In this document: positions 50,213 to 61,432 of the stretch, in pieces
How the letters are laid out: every line of letters begins with the position of its first letter
How positions within the stretch are numbered: position 1 is the stretch's first letter
Origin: an uncultured Methanosarcinaceae archaeon
Lineage (GTDB): Archaea > Halobacteriota > Methanosarcinia > Methanosarcinales > Methanosarcinaceae
NCBI GenBank assembly: GCA_963721455.1
Contig: CAVRJG010000039.1
Location: 32,001 to 96,000 of the forward strand
Direction of reading: 5' to 3'
Length of the DNA: 64,000 nucleotides
Position numbers and translations under genes: made by a program
The notes under the pieces: model-generated
What the model was told of the DNA's origin: nothing
The model's input: only the letters and a program-made list of their open reading frames with translations
The model's database searches: none

Positions 50213-50767
50213 TCAGTTTTGCGTTTTTCCGACAACGATGTACACCGGGTTTTCGGGCTTGAACATAGTTTCTCCAGCAATTGGTGCACTTCTCGAAACC
50301 GAAATATGGACTACTTCATCAAAAATCCCGAGTCTTTTCATCGATTCAATTGTCCTGACAACTGTTTCGATACGGACGGCATTTACCACAATGCTCCGAG
50401 CTTTTTTCTTCACAAGCAGCTCAAGCACTGAACCGATATTTTTTGTCCCGCCGACAAAAGCACAGTCAATAAAATCGACAAAATCTCCAGAACCCAGGAT
50501 ATCCGAGGCCTCGCCAGCTAAAACCCGGGCATTTTCGATATTGAAATTTTTAAAGTTCGTCTCAGTGGCTCTCAGGGCTTCCTTGCGGGCATCTATTGCA
50601 TAGATCGTCAGGTTTCGGGCAATCCTGGATGCTTCGATAGATACCGATCCTGTACCGCAGCCTACGTCTGCAAACCGATCCCCATCTCGCAGCCCGAGTT
50701 TGGAAAGGGACACAGCAATGATTTCAGGTTTTGTAGGACCGCCGCTAACACTTACTATTTCGGACAT
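50213..50767 (-). CDS. cbiT: Cobalt-precorrin-6B C15-methyltransferase (decarboxylating)
   Basis: GPTK.EI, DVGCGTGSVSIE, FVGG and NPVYIV motifs. Confidence 0.9.
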   Translation of the reverse strand: MSEIVSVSGGPTKPEIIAVSLSKLGLRDGDRFADVGCGTGSVSIEASRIARNLTIYAIDARKEALRATETNFKNFNIENARVLAGEASDILGSGDFVDFIDCAFVGGTKNIGSVLELLVKKKARSIVVNAVRIETVVRTIESMKRLGIFDEVVHISVSRSAPIAGETMFKPENPVYIVVGKTQN

Positions 50768-51236
50768 GTTTTACCTCGGATAAAGTAAAGCAAATATATG
50801 AAATGTAAATTAAATATATGGCGATATAATTTTCAATTTTATTAAACCGGCAATATAGCAAGTAGAGCCGAAATTACGATATATTCAGGTGTAATTATAT
50901 AAGGTATATACAAAGATAATTGAAATTATATTTTTTGAATCAGCCCGATTATAAATATAACTTGTTATAGATATACCTTATTATCAGCAAGAAGGGCAGG
51001 ATAGGAAAGTAAACTTTCATGCGAATAAAGAGGAAATAGGGGAAATATCTACAAGAAAAGTTTGTACTGACTTTATACATCAACTTTCAGTAGGTCATTT
51101 TTTAAGAGGTATCCGAGAATTATTCCTGGAAGAAAAGGGAAGTGACGCCTCCTTTCAACCTTAATCCCCTAAAGAGAATAAATATATAAATGTAAAAATA
51201 CATTTTGTATTTTGAAAGAAAGAGATTTTAACTATA

Positions 51237-51335
51237 AGAACATATCATAACTTTATCATAGGCATATAAGGTAAAATGCCGTTTTAGAACATATCATAAC
51301 TTGATCATAGGCATAATAAGGTAAAATGCCTTTTT
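51237..51335. repeat. ~49-bp imperfect direct duplication in the cbiT/citrate-synthase-like intergenic region
   Basis: AGAACATATCATAACTT(T/G)ATCATAGGCAT(A)ATAAGGTAAAATGCC present twice in tandem. Confidence 0.9.
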
Positions 51336-51524
51336 GAAGAAAAGCGATAAGTGCTCCCCCAAGAAGAGTGTTTTTTAAACAAGAAACCGAAGTTCTTCGG
51401 TTAAATACAACTGATTTTCTGACCTGTATACCTGAAAAATATATTTTTCACAGGAAAGCCCCCGCAGTGCAAGCCCGCTCTCTCTATGCAGGGCCCTGCC
51501 GCCTGAAAAAAAGGAGGAAAAGCG

Positions 51525-52853
51525 ATGAAAATTTACGAATCATACGACGATCTGCCCAAACTAAAGCTGCCTTATGGAAACGACGTGTACATAAGTGACA
51601 GCACCATCCGCGACGGCTCCCAGATGCCGGGGATAGTCCTGAGCAGAGAACACAAGCTTCAAATCTATGAGTACCTGCACGAGATAGGAATTGAAAAACT
51701 CGAGGCCTTTGTATTCAACAAAAGGGATAGAGATGCTGTAGACCTCATGTTTGATATAGGGTACGAGTCTCCAGAGATCACAGGCTGGGCAAGAGCCTCA
51801 AGGGCTGATATAGATAAGATTCTGGAGGTTGACGGGATTAAAGAAACAGGAATCCTGATGTCTGTCTCGGATACACATATTTTTTCCAAGATGAGGCTCT
51901 CAGGCAGGGAAGAAGCCGAAGAGAAATACCTTGATGCCCTGCAGTATGCAGTGGATCACGGGCTTCGCGCACGGGCCCACCTTGAAGATATGACAAGAGC
52001 AGACAATTACGGTTTTGTTTTCCCGTTAGTTGAAAAAATTATGGAAATCGACCCTGACTGCATTATCAGAGTCTGCGATACTGTCGGATACGGGATGCCC
52101 TTCATGAATATCGACGAGCCGTATGGAATCCCGAAAATCGTGCAGCACCTCAAGAAGGAAATAGGGGTTAAAAATATAGAAACCCATATTCATGACGATT
52201 ACGGATTCGGGTCAGCAAGTTCCATTGCAGGTTTCTGGCATGGGGCTAACTGGACAAGCGTAACTTTCCTGGGCATAGGAGAACGTGCAGGAAATAGTGA
52301 GATGGAAAAAATTCTGCTTTTCCTGGCAGATAGGGTAGAAGGTTTTGAAAGATACAACCTTGAACCGGTCACCCGCTTTGCAAGATTCATGGAAAAGGAG
52401 CTTGGGCTGAGGGTTCCGAGAAACAAGGCGGTTGTCGGGAAAAACATTTTTGCCCACGAATCCGGGATACATGCCGCAGGCGTCCTCAAAAATCCCTTCA
52501 ATTACGAACCCTACCCTCCAGAAATGGTAGGGGGAAAGCGGATCCTGCTTGTAGGAGACTCTTCAGGGCTGGAAGTTATCCGCTATAAGGTTCAGGAGAC
52601 CTTAAATGACTTTCTTGACGTTGAAACCATAGTAGAAAAAGATGACAGCCGGCTTTTGAAAATCCAGAACGAAATCCAGAAGCTCTATGATAAGGAAGAA
52701 AGGGTTTCCTGTATTTCGGATGAAGAACTCCTTGCTTATGTGGAAAAATACTTCCTTTACCAGCCTATTTGCAATCCTACACATGCGGGTAGAGGAAAAC
52801 TGAAAATCAAGGGAAAGATAACTGAGTCTGAAGAAGGAAGAGTGAAGGAATAA
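51525..52853 (+). CDS. DRE-TIM metallolyase (LeuA/homocitrate synthase superfamily), Re-citrate-synthase-like
   Basis: DSTIRDGSQ, KETGILMSVSD.HIF.K, RAHLEDMTRADNYGFVFP, HIHDD, GIGERAGN and HESGIH motifs. Confidence 0.8.
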   Translation: MKIYESYDDLPKLKLPYGNDVYISDSTIRDGSQMPGIVLSREHKLQIYEYLHEIGIEKLEAFVFNKRDRDAVDLMFDIGYESPEITGWARASRADIDKILEVDGIKETGILMSVSDTHIFSKMRLSGREEAEEKYLDALQYAVDHGLRARAHLEDMTRADNYGFVFPLVEKIMEIDPDCIIRVCDTVGYGMPFMNIDEPYGIPKIVQHLKKEIGVKNIETHIHDDYGFGSASSIAGFWHGANWTSVTFLGIGERAGNSEMEKILLFLADRVEGFERYNLEPVTRFARFMEKELGLRVPRNKAVVGKNIFAHESGIHAAGVLKNPFNYEPYPPEMVGGKRILLVGDSSGLEVIRYKVQETLNDFLDVETIVEKDDSRLLKIQNEIQKLYDKEERVSCISDEELLAYVEKYFLYQPICNPTHAGRGKLKIKGKITESEEGRVKE

Positions 52854-52882
52854 AGAAAAGAGATTTCCTTCAGTACTTTTTT

Positions 52883-53911
52883 TTATTTGAGAATTTCTGC
52901 CGTATACTTCGCAATCTCGCCAGCCATCTGACTAAGTTTTGCACTGCCTCCGAGATCGTAAGTTACATACTTACCTTCGGAAATTACGCGCTCAGTAGCT
53001 TTGAATATGGCTTCGGACTTCTCCTTTTCGCCAAGGTAATCAAGCATCCAGGCTCCTGCAAGTACGGTTGCGACAGGGTTTACCTTATCCTGGCCTGCAT
53101 ACTTTGGAGCCGAACCGTGAGCAGGTTCGAACATTGCGAAAGAATCCCCGATATTGGCAGAGTAGATAAGGCCGATACTGCCAACCAGTGCCGAGCACTC
53201 CTCACTGATTACATCCATAAAGAGGTTTGTGGAGAGGAGAACCTTTTTATTGAAAATCTGAGGGTTCTTGATCAGCTGCTGGGCAATATTGTCTATGTGA
53301 TAGGGCCATATCTCTATATCTGGATAATTCCATCCAGCCTTTTCTACTTCCTCTAAGAAGGAGCCACAGGTAATTTTCAGGATATTGCTCTTATGAATGG
53401 GCACAACAGCGTCATAGCCTCTTCTCTTAGCTTCCTCGAAGGCATACCTGGCAATCTTGCTGGATGCACTGCGGGTGATCTTCCGGATTGCAATTGAGAC
53501 ATCATCCGTGAGCTGGATTTCCTCGCCAATATAGAGCCCTTCAGTGCCCTCGCGCACACAGACCATTTCCACATCTCCCAGAGGTGCACTTGAATTGGGG
53601 AAAGTCTTGATTGGCCTGACATTCGCATAGAGATCATACTTTCTCCTTATAGACACAGCCACACTTCTCGGGGAACCGATTCCTCCGGGGGTAGTTGTCG
53701 GACCTTTAAAACAGGCATCTGAGCTGTCAAGGATATCCCATGTCTCATTCGGGATAAGGGAGTTGCCTCCGTTCTTTTCCCACCAGCCGGCTCCTGCCTC
53801 ACACATAACAAATTCGATGTCTGTGCCAGCGGCTTCTGCAACTTTAAGCATCGCGTCTACAAGTTCGGGGCCTACCCCGTCACCTTTGATTACTGCTGCG
53901 GTTTTATTCAT
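52883..53911 (-). CDS. Isocitrate/isopropylmalate dehydrogenase family (probably isocitrate dehydrogenase)
   Basis: GDGVGPE, KGPTTTP..RSVAVSIR..DLYANVRP, HKSNI and FEPAHGSAPKYAG motifs. Confidence 0.88.
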   Translation of the reverse strand: MNKTAAVIKGDGVGPELVDAMLKVAEAAGTDIEFVMCEAGAGWWEKNGGNSLIPNETWDILDSSDACFKGPTTTPGGIGSPRSVAVSIRRKYDLYANVRPIKTFPNSSAPLGDVEMVCVREGTEGLYIGEEIQLTDDVSIAIRKITRSASSKIARYAFEEAKRRGYDAVVPIHKSNILKITCGSFLEEVEKAGWNYPDIEIWPYHIDNIAQQLIKNPQIFNKKVLLSTNLFMDVISEECSALVGSIGLIYSANIGDSFAMFEPAHGSAPKYAGQDKVNPVATVLAGAWMLDYLGEKEKSEAIFKATERVISEGKYVTYDLGGSAKLSQMAGEIAKYTAEILK

Positions 53912-54266
53912 ATTATCACCAGATCTTAAGGTTCGTGTTCAAAGAACCGTAGCGATTGAAAAACTAAAAAAGCGGAACTTTTCGAGAAATTTGGCAAGAA
54001 TAATTGGATCTTCCCGCGTAACTCAACGTAAGGCTATATATTTCAAGTTTTGGGTAATTCAATATTATGCTGAATACAATACTATGCTGAACGATCTCTC
54101 ACTTGAAGTCCGATCTGAGATATAAATGCCTGCGCACATTTCTAAAAAATCAAATCCAGATATTTTCTTCCGGAAGTATCCGATCCATAACCCGACCCGG
54201 AACTTTCGATAAACCGAATCCGAACCTTAATCAAACCCAGAAACCTCATACTCGCGAGGAGTAAGA

Positions 54267-55109
54267 ATGCCTGCAAAAATTCCGATTACCGATAACCACA
54301 TGCATATCGACCCTAGAGCAAGGGGGCTTGAAGCAGTGAAGGAATTCAAGAATTCCGGAGGAACCCACATAATTCTGGTCACCAAACCCAGCTGGTCCCT
54401 TGGAGTAATGGTCAAAAAGCCTGAGGATTACCTCAAGGTCTTTGACGAAACCGTGGAAATCGCATCAAAGATCAGGGAGATGGGGGTTGGAGCCTTTCCC
54501 GTGCTTGGAGTTCATCCGGCAGAGATCTCAAAGCTTACTGAGTATATGGAACTGCCAGAAGCCACGGAGATGATGAAGAAAGGTCTAGAGATTGCTTCGG
54601 GATATGTGGAAAAGGGCCTTGCTGTAGGGATTAAGTCCGGGCGCCCTCATTACCCTGTGGCTGCGGAAGTTTGGGCAGCTTCGAATGAGATTATGGAGTA
54701 CGCTTTTTCCCTGGGAAAAGAACAGGACTGCGCTGTTCAGCTTCATACCGAAAGCGTGGGAGAGCCTGAACTCCAGGACATAGCAGAAAGGGCAAGAAAA
54801 GCAGGAATCAAAATGTACAGAGTTGTCAAACACTACTCTCCCCCTCTGGTAAAAACCTGCGAAGAGCTTGGACTCTTTCCGGGGGTGATCTCGATCAAAG
54901 GGGCAATCGAACAGGCACTTGAAGAAGGAACACGGTTCATGATGGAAACGGATTACATTGACGACCCTGACAGGCCAGGTGCAGTGCTTGGCCCTAAAAC
55001 AATTCCTAAAAGGACCATAAAGCTGATGGAAACATATGGTGAAGAGCCTTTCTGGATTATCCATAAGGAAAACCCCGAAAAGGTATATGACATAGAAATC
55101 GAGCTTTAA
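54267..55109 (+). CDS. TatD-related metal-dependent hydrolase
   Basis: DNHMH, GVHP, GRPHY, LHTE, VKHY and ETDYIDD..RPGAVLGP motifs. Confidence 0.85.
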   Translation: MPAKIPITDNHMHIDPRARGLEAVKEFKNSGGTHIILVTKPSWSLGVMVKKPEDYLKVFDETVEIASKIREMGVGAFPVLGVHPAEISKLTEYMELPEATEMMKKGLEIASGYVEKGLAVGIKSGRPHYPVAAEVWAASNEIMEYAFSLGKEQDCAVQLHTESVGEPELQDIAERARKAGIKMYRVVKHYSPPLVKTCEELGLFPGVISIKGAIEQALEEGTRFMMETDYIDDPDRPGAVLGPKTIPKRTIKLMETYGEEPFWIIHKENPEKVYDIEIEL

Positions 55110-55336
55110 AGGTTTATCGCGAAAGAAAATCAGACGAAAGAGTCAAAGAATGTAGTTTGAGAATATTAACGGTTAAAAGAAGAGAGTTGAGTCAGTAAAA
55201 GATAAAAAAGCACATAAAAACAGAGGGTGAAGGAAATCAAAGGAAAATCCATCCGGATTGAACCCTCTGTTATTCCGGAAGGAAAAACCTGCCGGAAACT
55301 AAGTATTGCTGCCGGAACAAAACCTGCAGTTAAGAT

Positions 55337-55822
55337 TTACTTTTTCTTTATTTTTACTATGTCCCCCAGAGTAGTATCTTTCATTAAGTGAGAGACTTCC
55401 TGCCCTGCGGCGTCAACACGTTCCGTAAGTTTGATGTTAAGGGTGTGTTCAAGTTTCTTTCGAACGGGCTCTTCTGGCACGATTTCACTGCGTTCTATCT
55501 TTTTGATCAGAGATGCTTTTTCTTTGATATTTACGGCCAGGTCTTCCTGAGACCAGCCTTTGGCTTCTCTAGCGTCCCGGATAATCTGATCATAGTCATC
55601 CAGGAGTTCGTCTTTCAAAATGTCGAAAAAATCCTTTTTTGGCCTCTTTTCAGTTCGTGTTACCGTACGAACCACCGGAGAGACTTTCCTTGATACGGGA
55701 GTCCGCTTATCAACGGGTTTACCGTAAGGAGCACATTTTTGGCAGACCTGGAGTTCGCTGTTATCAATTGTAATGCACATAGACGTTCCGCGGATCTCTG
55801 CACCACATATTTCGCACTGCAT
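55337..55822 (-). CDS. mbf1: Archaeal multiprotein bridging factor 1 (Zn ribbon plus HTH)
   Basis: [26 protein letters not shown] and TTLGDIV motifs. Confidence 0.92.
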   Translation of the reverse strand: MQCEICGAEIRGTSMCITIDNSELQVCQKCAPYGKPVDKRTPVSRKVSPVVRTVTRTEKRPKKDFFDILKDELLDDYDQIIRDAREAKGWSQEDLAVNIKEKASLIKKIERSEIVPEEPVRKKLEHTLNIKLTERVDAAGQEVSHLMKDTTLGDIVKIKKK

Positions 55823-55879
55823 ATTGATCACTTCGAAAGCGCTATATACGGTACGAACTTAAATATTATTCGGAGCTCC

Positions 55880-57178
55880 ATGACGGAAAGTACCAAAAGT
55901 AAGGATGAAAGCATGCGCAGTCACCTTGGTAAGTCCGGCCCTGTGTATGACGGAATCGAGCCTGGAGAGCTGGGGGAAGTAACTGAAAGCGTCCAGGACC
56001 GAGTGAGGCAACTTGAAAGCCGCAACAGTTTTTTGGAAGAGCAGTGCAGCCAGATTGAGTCCGAAAAACGTTATTTGGAAAATCAAAAGATCAAATATGA
56101 AAGGGAAATAAGAAAGTTGCAGTCTGAGCTCGATCGGATGAAGACCTCTCCGCTCATCATTGGTACGGTCATTGATGTGATTAAGAACGACAGGATAATT
56201 GTCCGGAGCAGCAACGGACCTCAGTTTTTGGTTAATGTCTCACAATATATAGATGAGAAAAAACTGCTGCCAGGGGCAAAGGTTGCCCTAAACCAGCATA
56301 CACTTGCCATTGCTGAGGTTATTCCTTCGACGGAAGAGCCTTTTGTTGCCGCAATGGAAGTCCTCGAAAGCGTAGAAGTGGATTATGGCCAGATAGGCGG
56401 TCTCGACGAGCAAATCCAGGAACTTCAGGAAGCAGTCGAACTTCCTCTTATCGACCCGGAGCGCTTTGCCCGGATAGGCATTGAGCCTCCTAAAGGAGTT
56501 CTTCTCTACGGACTTCCTGGAACAGGTAAAACCCTGCTTGCAAAAGCCGTGGCTCACAGGACCAATGCGACCTTTATCAGGGTTGTAGGTTCTGAACTCG
56601 TGCAGAAATACATCGGGGACGGGTCCAAACTTGTAAGGGAAATCTTCGAGATGGCCCGGAAAAAAGCCCCGAGTATTATCTTTATCGATGAGCTGGACTC
56701 GATTGCTGCAAGGCGCCTGAATGAGACCACGGGGGCAGACCGTGAGGTTCAGAGGACACTCATGCAGCTTCTTGCAGAGATGGATGGATTTGACAAAAGG
56801 AAAAACATCAGGATTATTGCAGCAACAAACCGTCCGGATGTCCTTGACCCGGCAATTCTCAGGCCAGGCCGTTTTGACAGGCTTGTCCATGTTCCCATGC
56901 CCGGAGTCGAAGCCAGAGGAAAAATTCTCGAAATTCACTGCGAAAGAATGACTCTTGCAGGAGATATCGACTTTAAGAGGCTTGCAAAAGCTACCGAAGG
57001 GATGAGCGGAGCAGACCTGAAGGCAATTGCCACCGAGGCAGGCATGTTTGCGGTCAGGAAAGACAAGGAACTGGTTGAGATGGTGGACTTCCTCGAAGCA
57101 GTGGATAAGGTATCTGTGGCTGCAGATACGCAGAAGATGATGCCCTCAAGTCCCCCTGAAACAACTATGTTCGTGTGA
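55880..57178 (+). CDS. pan: Proteasome-activating nucleotidase
   Basis: N-terminal coiled coil, [39 protein letters not shown]; start at 55880 or 55913, as the ORF-track start overlaps mbf1. Confidence 0.95.
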   Translation: MTESTKSKDESMRSHLGKSGPVYDGIEPGELGEVTESVQDRVRQLESRNSFLEEQCSQIESEKRYLENQKIKYEREIRKLQSELDRMKTSPLIIGTVIDVIKNDRIIVRSSNGPQFLVNVSQYIDEKKLLPGAKVALNQHTLAIAEVIPSTEEPFVAAMEVLESVEVDYGQIGGLDEQIQELQEAVELPLIDPERFARIGIEPPKGVLLYGLPGTGKTLLAKAVAHRTNATFIRVVGSELVQKYIGDGSKLVREIFEMARKKAPSIIFIDELDSIAARRLNETTGADREVQRTLMQLLAEMDGFDKRKNIRIIAATNRPDVLDPAILRPGRFDRLVHVPMPGVEARGKILEIHCERMTLAGDIDFKRLAKATEGMSGADLKAIATEAGMFAVRKDKELVEMVDFLEAVDKVSVAADTQKMMPSSPPETTMFV

Positions 57179-57203
57179 AAAAGCTGCGGCAAACCGGATG
57201 AAA

Positions 57204-57227
57204 AGCCCCTTTTGGGGCTCATTTTTT
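57204..57227 (+). terminator. Hairpin plus T-tract after pan
   Basis: AGCCCC-TTTT-GGGGCT followed by CATTTTTT. Confidence 0.5.
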
Positions 57228-57322
57228 ACATTTGACATGAGAAAAGTGAAGGTTTATACAGGAAAATTGAGGGTTTCCTTAAACCGGCAAACTATTTTTG
57301 TAATCCAGACATAAAAACACAT

Positions 57323-57913
57323 GTGGATTCAGATTTTCATATCAAACCCGAAATCCGAGTTCTGGGTATAGATGACTCTGCGCTCCTTAACAGAAGTGTA
57401 ATGATAGTGGGAGCTGTTTTCAGGGGGGGAGACTGGATAGACGGAGTCCTTCGTTCAGAGATCACAAAGGACGGGCTTGATGCTACCGACATTATCTGCG
57501 ATATGATAAAGAAGAGCAAACATTACGGCCAGATAAGGGTGGTAATGCTCGATGGAATCACTTACGGAGGCTTTAATGTTGTTGATATAGAGGAGCTTCA
57601 CAGGGAAACAGGGATACCTGTAATTGTAATTATGCGTTCATACCCGGATTTTGAGAAAATCAAATCTGCCCTCAAGTATTTCCCGGACGGGGAAGAACGC
57701 TGGACAATAATAAAGAGAGCCGGAAAAATAGAAAAAATCGCTGGTGGAAAAGAAAGGAATCCTATTTATATCCAGAAAGCAGGTATAGGCCTGGAGAGTG
57801 TGAAAAAGATCATTAGGCTTACGTCAATAAGAAGCAATATTCCTGAGCCTCTTAGAGTTGCCCATCTAATCGCAACAGGCATTATCTTAGGAGAGTCCAG
57901 AGGAAAAGCATAA
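57323..57913 (+). CDS. DUF99 family (endonuclease V-like fold)
   Basis: IRVLGIDD, DGLDAT, LDGITYGGFNVVD and IPEPLRVAHLIA motifs. Confidence 0.87.
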   Translation: MDSDFHIKPEIRVLGIDDSALLNRSVMIVGAVFRGGDWIDGVLRSEITKDGLDATDIICDMIKKSKHYGQIRVVMLDGITYGGFNVVDIEELHRETGIPVIVIMRSYPDFEKIKSALKYFPDGEERWTIIKRAGKIEKIAGGKERNPIYIQKAGIGLESVKKIIRLTSIRSNIPEPLRVAHLIATGIILGESRGKA

Positions 57914-58361
57914 TTGTTTACATTTAATTCTCCAGGAAAGATGTGGACAGGATATGGAAGCGGGGCATCAGGTCTGGAGAATGTGGATATATAAACTCAG
58001 AAAAAAGGGAAAGGTAAAAATACAGGAACCGGCTTCAAAAAAATATAGAAAATAAAAAAATAAAGATTTTACGTAAAGAAATTAGAAAAGATTGAGGGTA
58101 AAGGATAAAGAAAATAGGGAATAAAGAAAAAGCCGGATCATAAAAGCAGTGAAGAGCAGAACCTGAGGCAAACAGGAAAGTAGAGGAGTTTAATAAAATT
58201 ATTAAACAAATACAGTATAGATTTAAAGACTGGAAAAGGAAAACTATTAAATTGGAAACTGTATATGTGATGGTTAAAATAGATATATTCCCCTTAAAAT
58301 ACATTTGTTCTTTAATACTATCCGTAAAATATTATCCCATAGAATGGAGGAAAACAGTAGC

Positions 58362-59486
58362 ATGAGATCCATTGTGGAAGAAGCCCTTGCTCGATCTGCC
58401 CTGGAAGGACGTGCCGGGCAGGGAGAGTACTCAAACTCAGATTACTCTAACGAAGACTCAGATGTGGATGCCGAACTTGAAGAGATCCTCAGAAGCCTTA
58501 AAACAACCATCAAGGTCGTAGGTTGCGGAGGCGGCGGCTCAAACAGCATCCAGCGTATGATGGGCGAAGGGATCCAGGGAGCGGATCTCGTTGCCGTGAA
58601 TACCGATGCCCAGCACCTTCTTCATATACGCTCCGGCAAAAAGATCCTTATCGGGAAAAAGAAAACCCGCGGACTTGGGGCCGGCAGCCTCCCCCAGATA
58701 GGAGAAGATGCTGCAATCGAGAGTATTGATGAGATTAACAAGATTGTCGAAGGCTCTGATATGGTCTTTATCACTGCGGGCCTTGGAGGAGGAACAGGGA
58801 CAGGGTCGGCGCCTATAGTAGCTGAGGCCGCCAGGGATGCAGGAGCCCTTACGATCGCTGTCGTCACCCTGCCGTTCAGTGTGGAAGGGCATGTCCGCAG
58901 GACCAATGCAGAGGCCGGCCTGGAACGCCTGAGGGATGTTGCAGACACGGTGATAGTGGTGCCCAACGATAAGCTGATCGAAGTAGTTCCGAGACTCCCG
59001 CTTCAGGCTGCCTTCAAAGTCTCAGACGAAGTTCTTATGAGAGCCGTAAAGGGCATAACCGAACTGATCACAAAACCCGGGCTTGTAAACCTCGATTTTG
59101 CGGATATCAGAACTGTTATGCAGAACGGAGGCGTTGCAATGATAGGGCTCGGAGAAGCGGACGGCGATAACAAAGCTGTCGAGTCCGTACAGAAAGCTCT
59201 GCGCAGCCCACTCCTTGACGTAGATATATCAGGTGCGACCTCTGCCCTTGTTAACGTGGTTGGAGGGCCTGACATGACAATTTCGGAAGCTGAGTCTGTG
59301 GTTCAGGAAGTTTACAGCCGGATTGACAGCAATGCCCGCCTGATCTGGGGTGCCCAGATTGACCCTGACCTCGAGCAGACCGTACGTACCATGATCGTGG
59401 TCACGGGAGTAACATCAGCTCAGATTTATGGCCATGGAAATGACAAGAATGTTACCTTTAAATATGGAATTGATTTCGTAGAGTGA
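58362..59486 (+). CDS. ftsZ: Cell division protein FtsZ
   Basis: [24 protein letters not shown] and NLDFAD motifs; start chosen after the GGAGG SD. Confidence 0.96.
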   Translation: MRSIVEEALARSALEGRAGQGEYSNSDYSNEDSDVDAELEEILRSLKTTIKVVGCGGGGSNSIQRMMGEGIQGADLVAVNTDAQHLLHIRSGKKILIGKKKTRGLGAGSLPQIGEDAAIESIDEINKIVEGSDMVFITAGLGGGTGTGSAPIVAEAARDAGALTIAVVTLPFSVEGHVRRTNAEAGLERLRDVADTVIVVPNDKLIEVVPRLPLQAAFKVSDEVLMRAVKGITELITKPGLVNLDFADIRTVMQNGGVAMIGLGEADGDNKAVESVQKALRSPLLDVDISGATSALVNVVGGPDMTISEAESVVQEVYSRIDSNARLIWGAQIDPDLEQTVRTMIVVTGVTSAQIYGHGNDKNVTFKYGIDFVE

Positions 59487-59906
59487 TCAAACCAGAGACT
59501 AAAGGGATTAAAATATTCGGTTGGAGAAAAAATACTGTTTTCCTCTCTTTAAAATAAAATAAGGAATCGGAATAGAAATCCAATCGAAAACTATTTTTAT
59601 GGTAAATGCCGTATGCTGTCGATACTATTCGGCATCAAAAAAAGAAATATTTATACTGACGCGATTAAAGATCTAAAGTAAATATAATCCTGCATCGAAA
59701 ATCTTCTGATGTTTTAAAAGCCGTGCCAGTGATATCTTCATATAATAGGAATTAATAATATAATCCGCCCGTTCCTTCCTTAAGATAAATCCGAAAATTC
59801 TGCGTGTAAAAAAGCGAATTTTAGAAATGGAAAGCACATAGGAAGAACCGTAAGCGGAAAGTTCAAGACAGATAAACAAAATAAATAAAACCTGGATGTG
59901 AATTGA

Positions 59907-60122
59907 TTGGTAGAACTCCCATTTGAAATGAATGTAACTAAAGAAAGCATTGGTCAGGCAATCCGGGCACACCTGAGAGTCCTGAAGCTTACGAAAAAAC
60001 CGTCCAGGGAAGAGTTCTTGACCATTGCCAAGGTTGCAGGTATTGGCATTCTGGCTGTGGGAGCAATAGGATTTATAGTATATGTACTGTTGACAATGTT
60101 GCCCCAGTGGGTGGCCAAATGA
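59907..60122 (+). CDS. secE: Protein translocase subunit SecE (Sec61 gamma)
   Basis: [27 protein letters not shown]; position in the ftsZ-secE-spt5 cluster. Confidence 0.92.
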   Translation: MVELPFEMNVTKESIGQAIRAHLRVLKLTKKPSREEFLTIAKVAGIGILAVGAIGFIVYVLLTMLPQWVAK

Positions 60123-60577
60123 GTGAGGATTCTCAGATATTTGTAATCAAAACCACGGCAAATCAGGAAAGATCGGTTGCAACCGCCCTTGCCAGGATTG
60201 CAAAAAAGGAGAAACTTGACATCAGGGCAATTCTGGCTCCTGATGAGCTAAAAGGATACGTCCTTGTCGAGGCCCCTAAATCCGGAATCGTAGAACTGGC
60301 AATCCAGACTATTCCCCATGCAAGGGCTCTTGTGAAAGGGAGCTCTACAATTGCTGAAATTGAGCATTTCCTTAAACCCAAACCAATAGTAACAGGAATC
60401 AAAGAAGGGGCTATAATTGAGGTCACTTCGGGACCCTTCAAGGGGGAGAAAGCCCGGGTTAAAAGGGTTGATGAAGGGCATGAGGAAATTACTGTGGAAC
60501 TGTTCGATGCTGTGGTTCCGATTCCCATCACGATTCGCGGCGATACTGTAAGAGTATTGAGAAAAGAGAAAGAATGA
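60119..60577 (+). CDS. spt5: Transcription elongation factor Spt5 (NusG)
   Basis: [15 protein letters not shown] and the KOW motif [10 protein letters not shown]; ATGA overlap with secE. Confidence 0.95.
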   Translation: MSEDSQIFVIKTTANQERSVATALARIAKKEKLDIRAILAPDELKGYVLVEAPKSGIVELAIQTIPHARALVKGSSTIAEIEHFLKPKPIVTGIKEGAIIEVTSGPFKGEKARVKRVDEGHEEITVELFDAVVPIPITIRGDTVRVLRKEKE

Positions 60578-60700
60578 AGCCGCAGAGAGATGGAAAAAAT
60601 ACCGAAAATTCCAGCTTACTAATAAATAAAATTACCAGTATTTCGAGTGGATTGAAAGAGATCTGCAAAGTTTATATTTATTAAAACCGGTGAAACTCAG

Positions 60701-61186
60701 ATGACAAGTATTGTTGAAGCACTCGTCCCTGGAGGAAAAGCGAATCCTGGACCACCTTTGGGTCCAGCGCTTGGTCCGCTCGGGGTCAATATAAAAGAAG
60801 TGGTCGAAAAGATCAATGAAAAAACACGGGACTATAATGGAATGCAGGTCCCTGTGAAAATAATTGTCGACGACAAAAAAAATGTCGAGATCGAAGTCGG
60901 TACCCCCCCTACAGCGTCCCTGATAATGAAAGAGCTAGGGATTCAGAAGGGATCAGGAAACGCGGGAAGCGAAGTTGTTGGAAACCTCAGTATCCCACAG
61001 GTCGTAAAGATCGCCCGCATGAAGAAGGAAGATGTACTTTCCTACGATCTCAAAGCAACAATGAAAGAAGTAATGGGCACCTGTGTACCTATGGGTGTGA
61101 ACGTAGAGGGAGTCAAGGCCAAAGACTGCCAGAAGGCACTCGATGAAGGCAAGTTCGATGATTTGCTTGCTGGCGAAGAGTGGTAA
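60701..61186 (+). CDS. rpl11: 50S ribosomal protein L11
   Basis: GGKANPGPPLGPALGPLG motif. Confidence 0.97.
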   Translation: MTSIVEALVPGGKANPGPPLGPALGPLGVNIKEVVEKINEKTRDYNGMQVPVKIIVDDKKNVEIEVGTPPTASLIMKELGIQKGSGNAGSEVVGNLSIPQVVKIARMKKEDVLSYDLKATMKEVMGTCVPMGVNVEGVKAKDCQKALDEGKFDDLLAGEEW

Positions 61187-61371
61187 GCCTTCCCATCCCT
61201 TTACTATTCAATCCGGAATTTCATGATACACCAATAGTTTTAAATTGGATACCACTAATAGCTCAGGAACCTTGAATACCGTTCTACTGTAATAAAATAA
61301 AAACTGAGAGTTATTAGCGGCTTACTGTTTAAGAGTGAAAGAACCGGATTCACGGGAAGCCCTAAAACCAA

Positions 61372-61426
61372 CCGTAGTAAGCCGAAAAGGCTGCTTGGAC
61401 GAGAACGTTCAAACACTACGGGGAGG
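61372..61426 (+). promoter_or_regulatory. Putative structured leader (L1-binding mimic) abutting the rpl1 Shine-Dalgarno
   Basis: CCGTAG...CTACGG outer stem, inner GCC-GAAAA-GGC and TTGGAC/GTTCAA stems; AAACACTAC resembles the 23S L1-binding strand. Confidence 0.5.
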
Positions 61427-61432
61427 AACAAG

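Noticed and set aside
50768-51236. Cobalamin riboswitch upstream of the cbi operon
   Set aside because: Region is very AT-rich and I see no B12-box or conserved core pairing
54126-54212. 28-codon uORF starting ATGCCTGC like the downstream tatD
   Set aside because: Only an 8-nt match and no other support
55739-55879. 47-aa N-terminal extension of PAN in the ORF track
   Set aside because: Overlaps the conserved Zn-ribbon start of mbf1 on the opposite strand; downstream ATGs are more plausible
57990-58304. Purine-rich tract and 89-aa hydrophobic minus-strand ORF upstream of ftsZ
   Set aside because: The F/I/L-rich ORF follows from the A-rich low-complexity strand; no family motif
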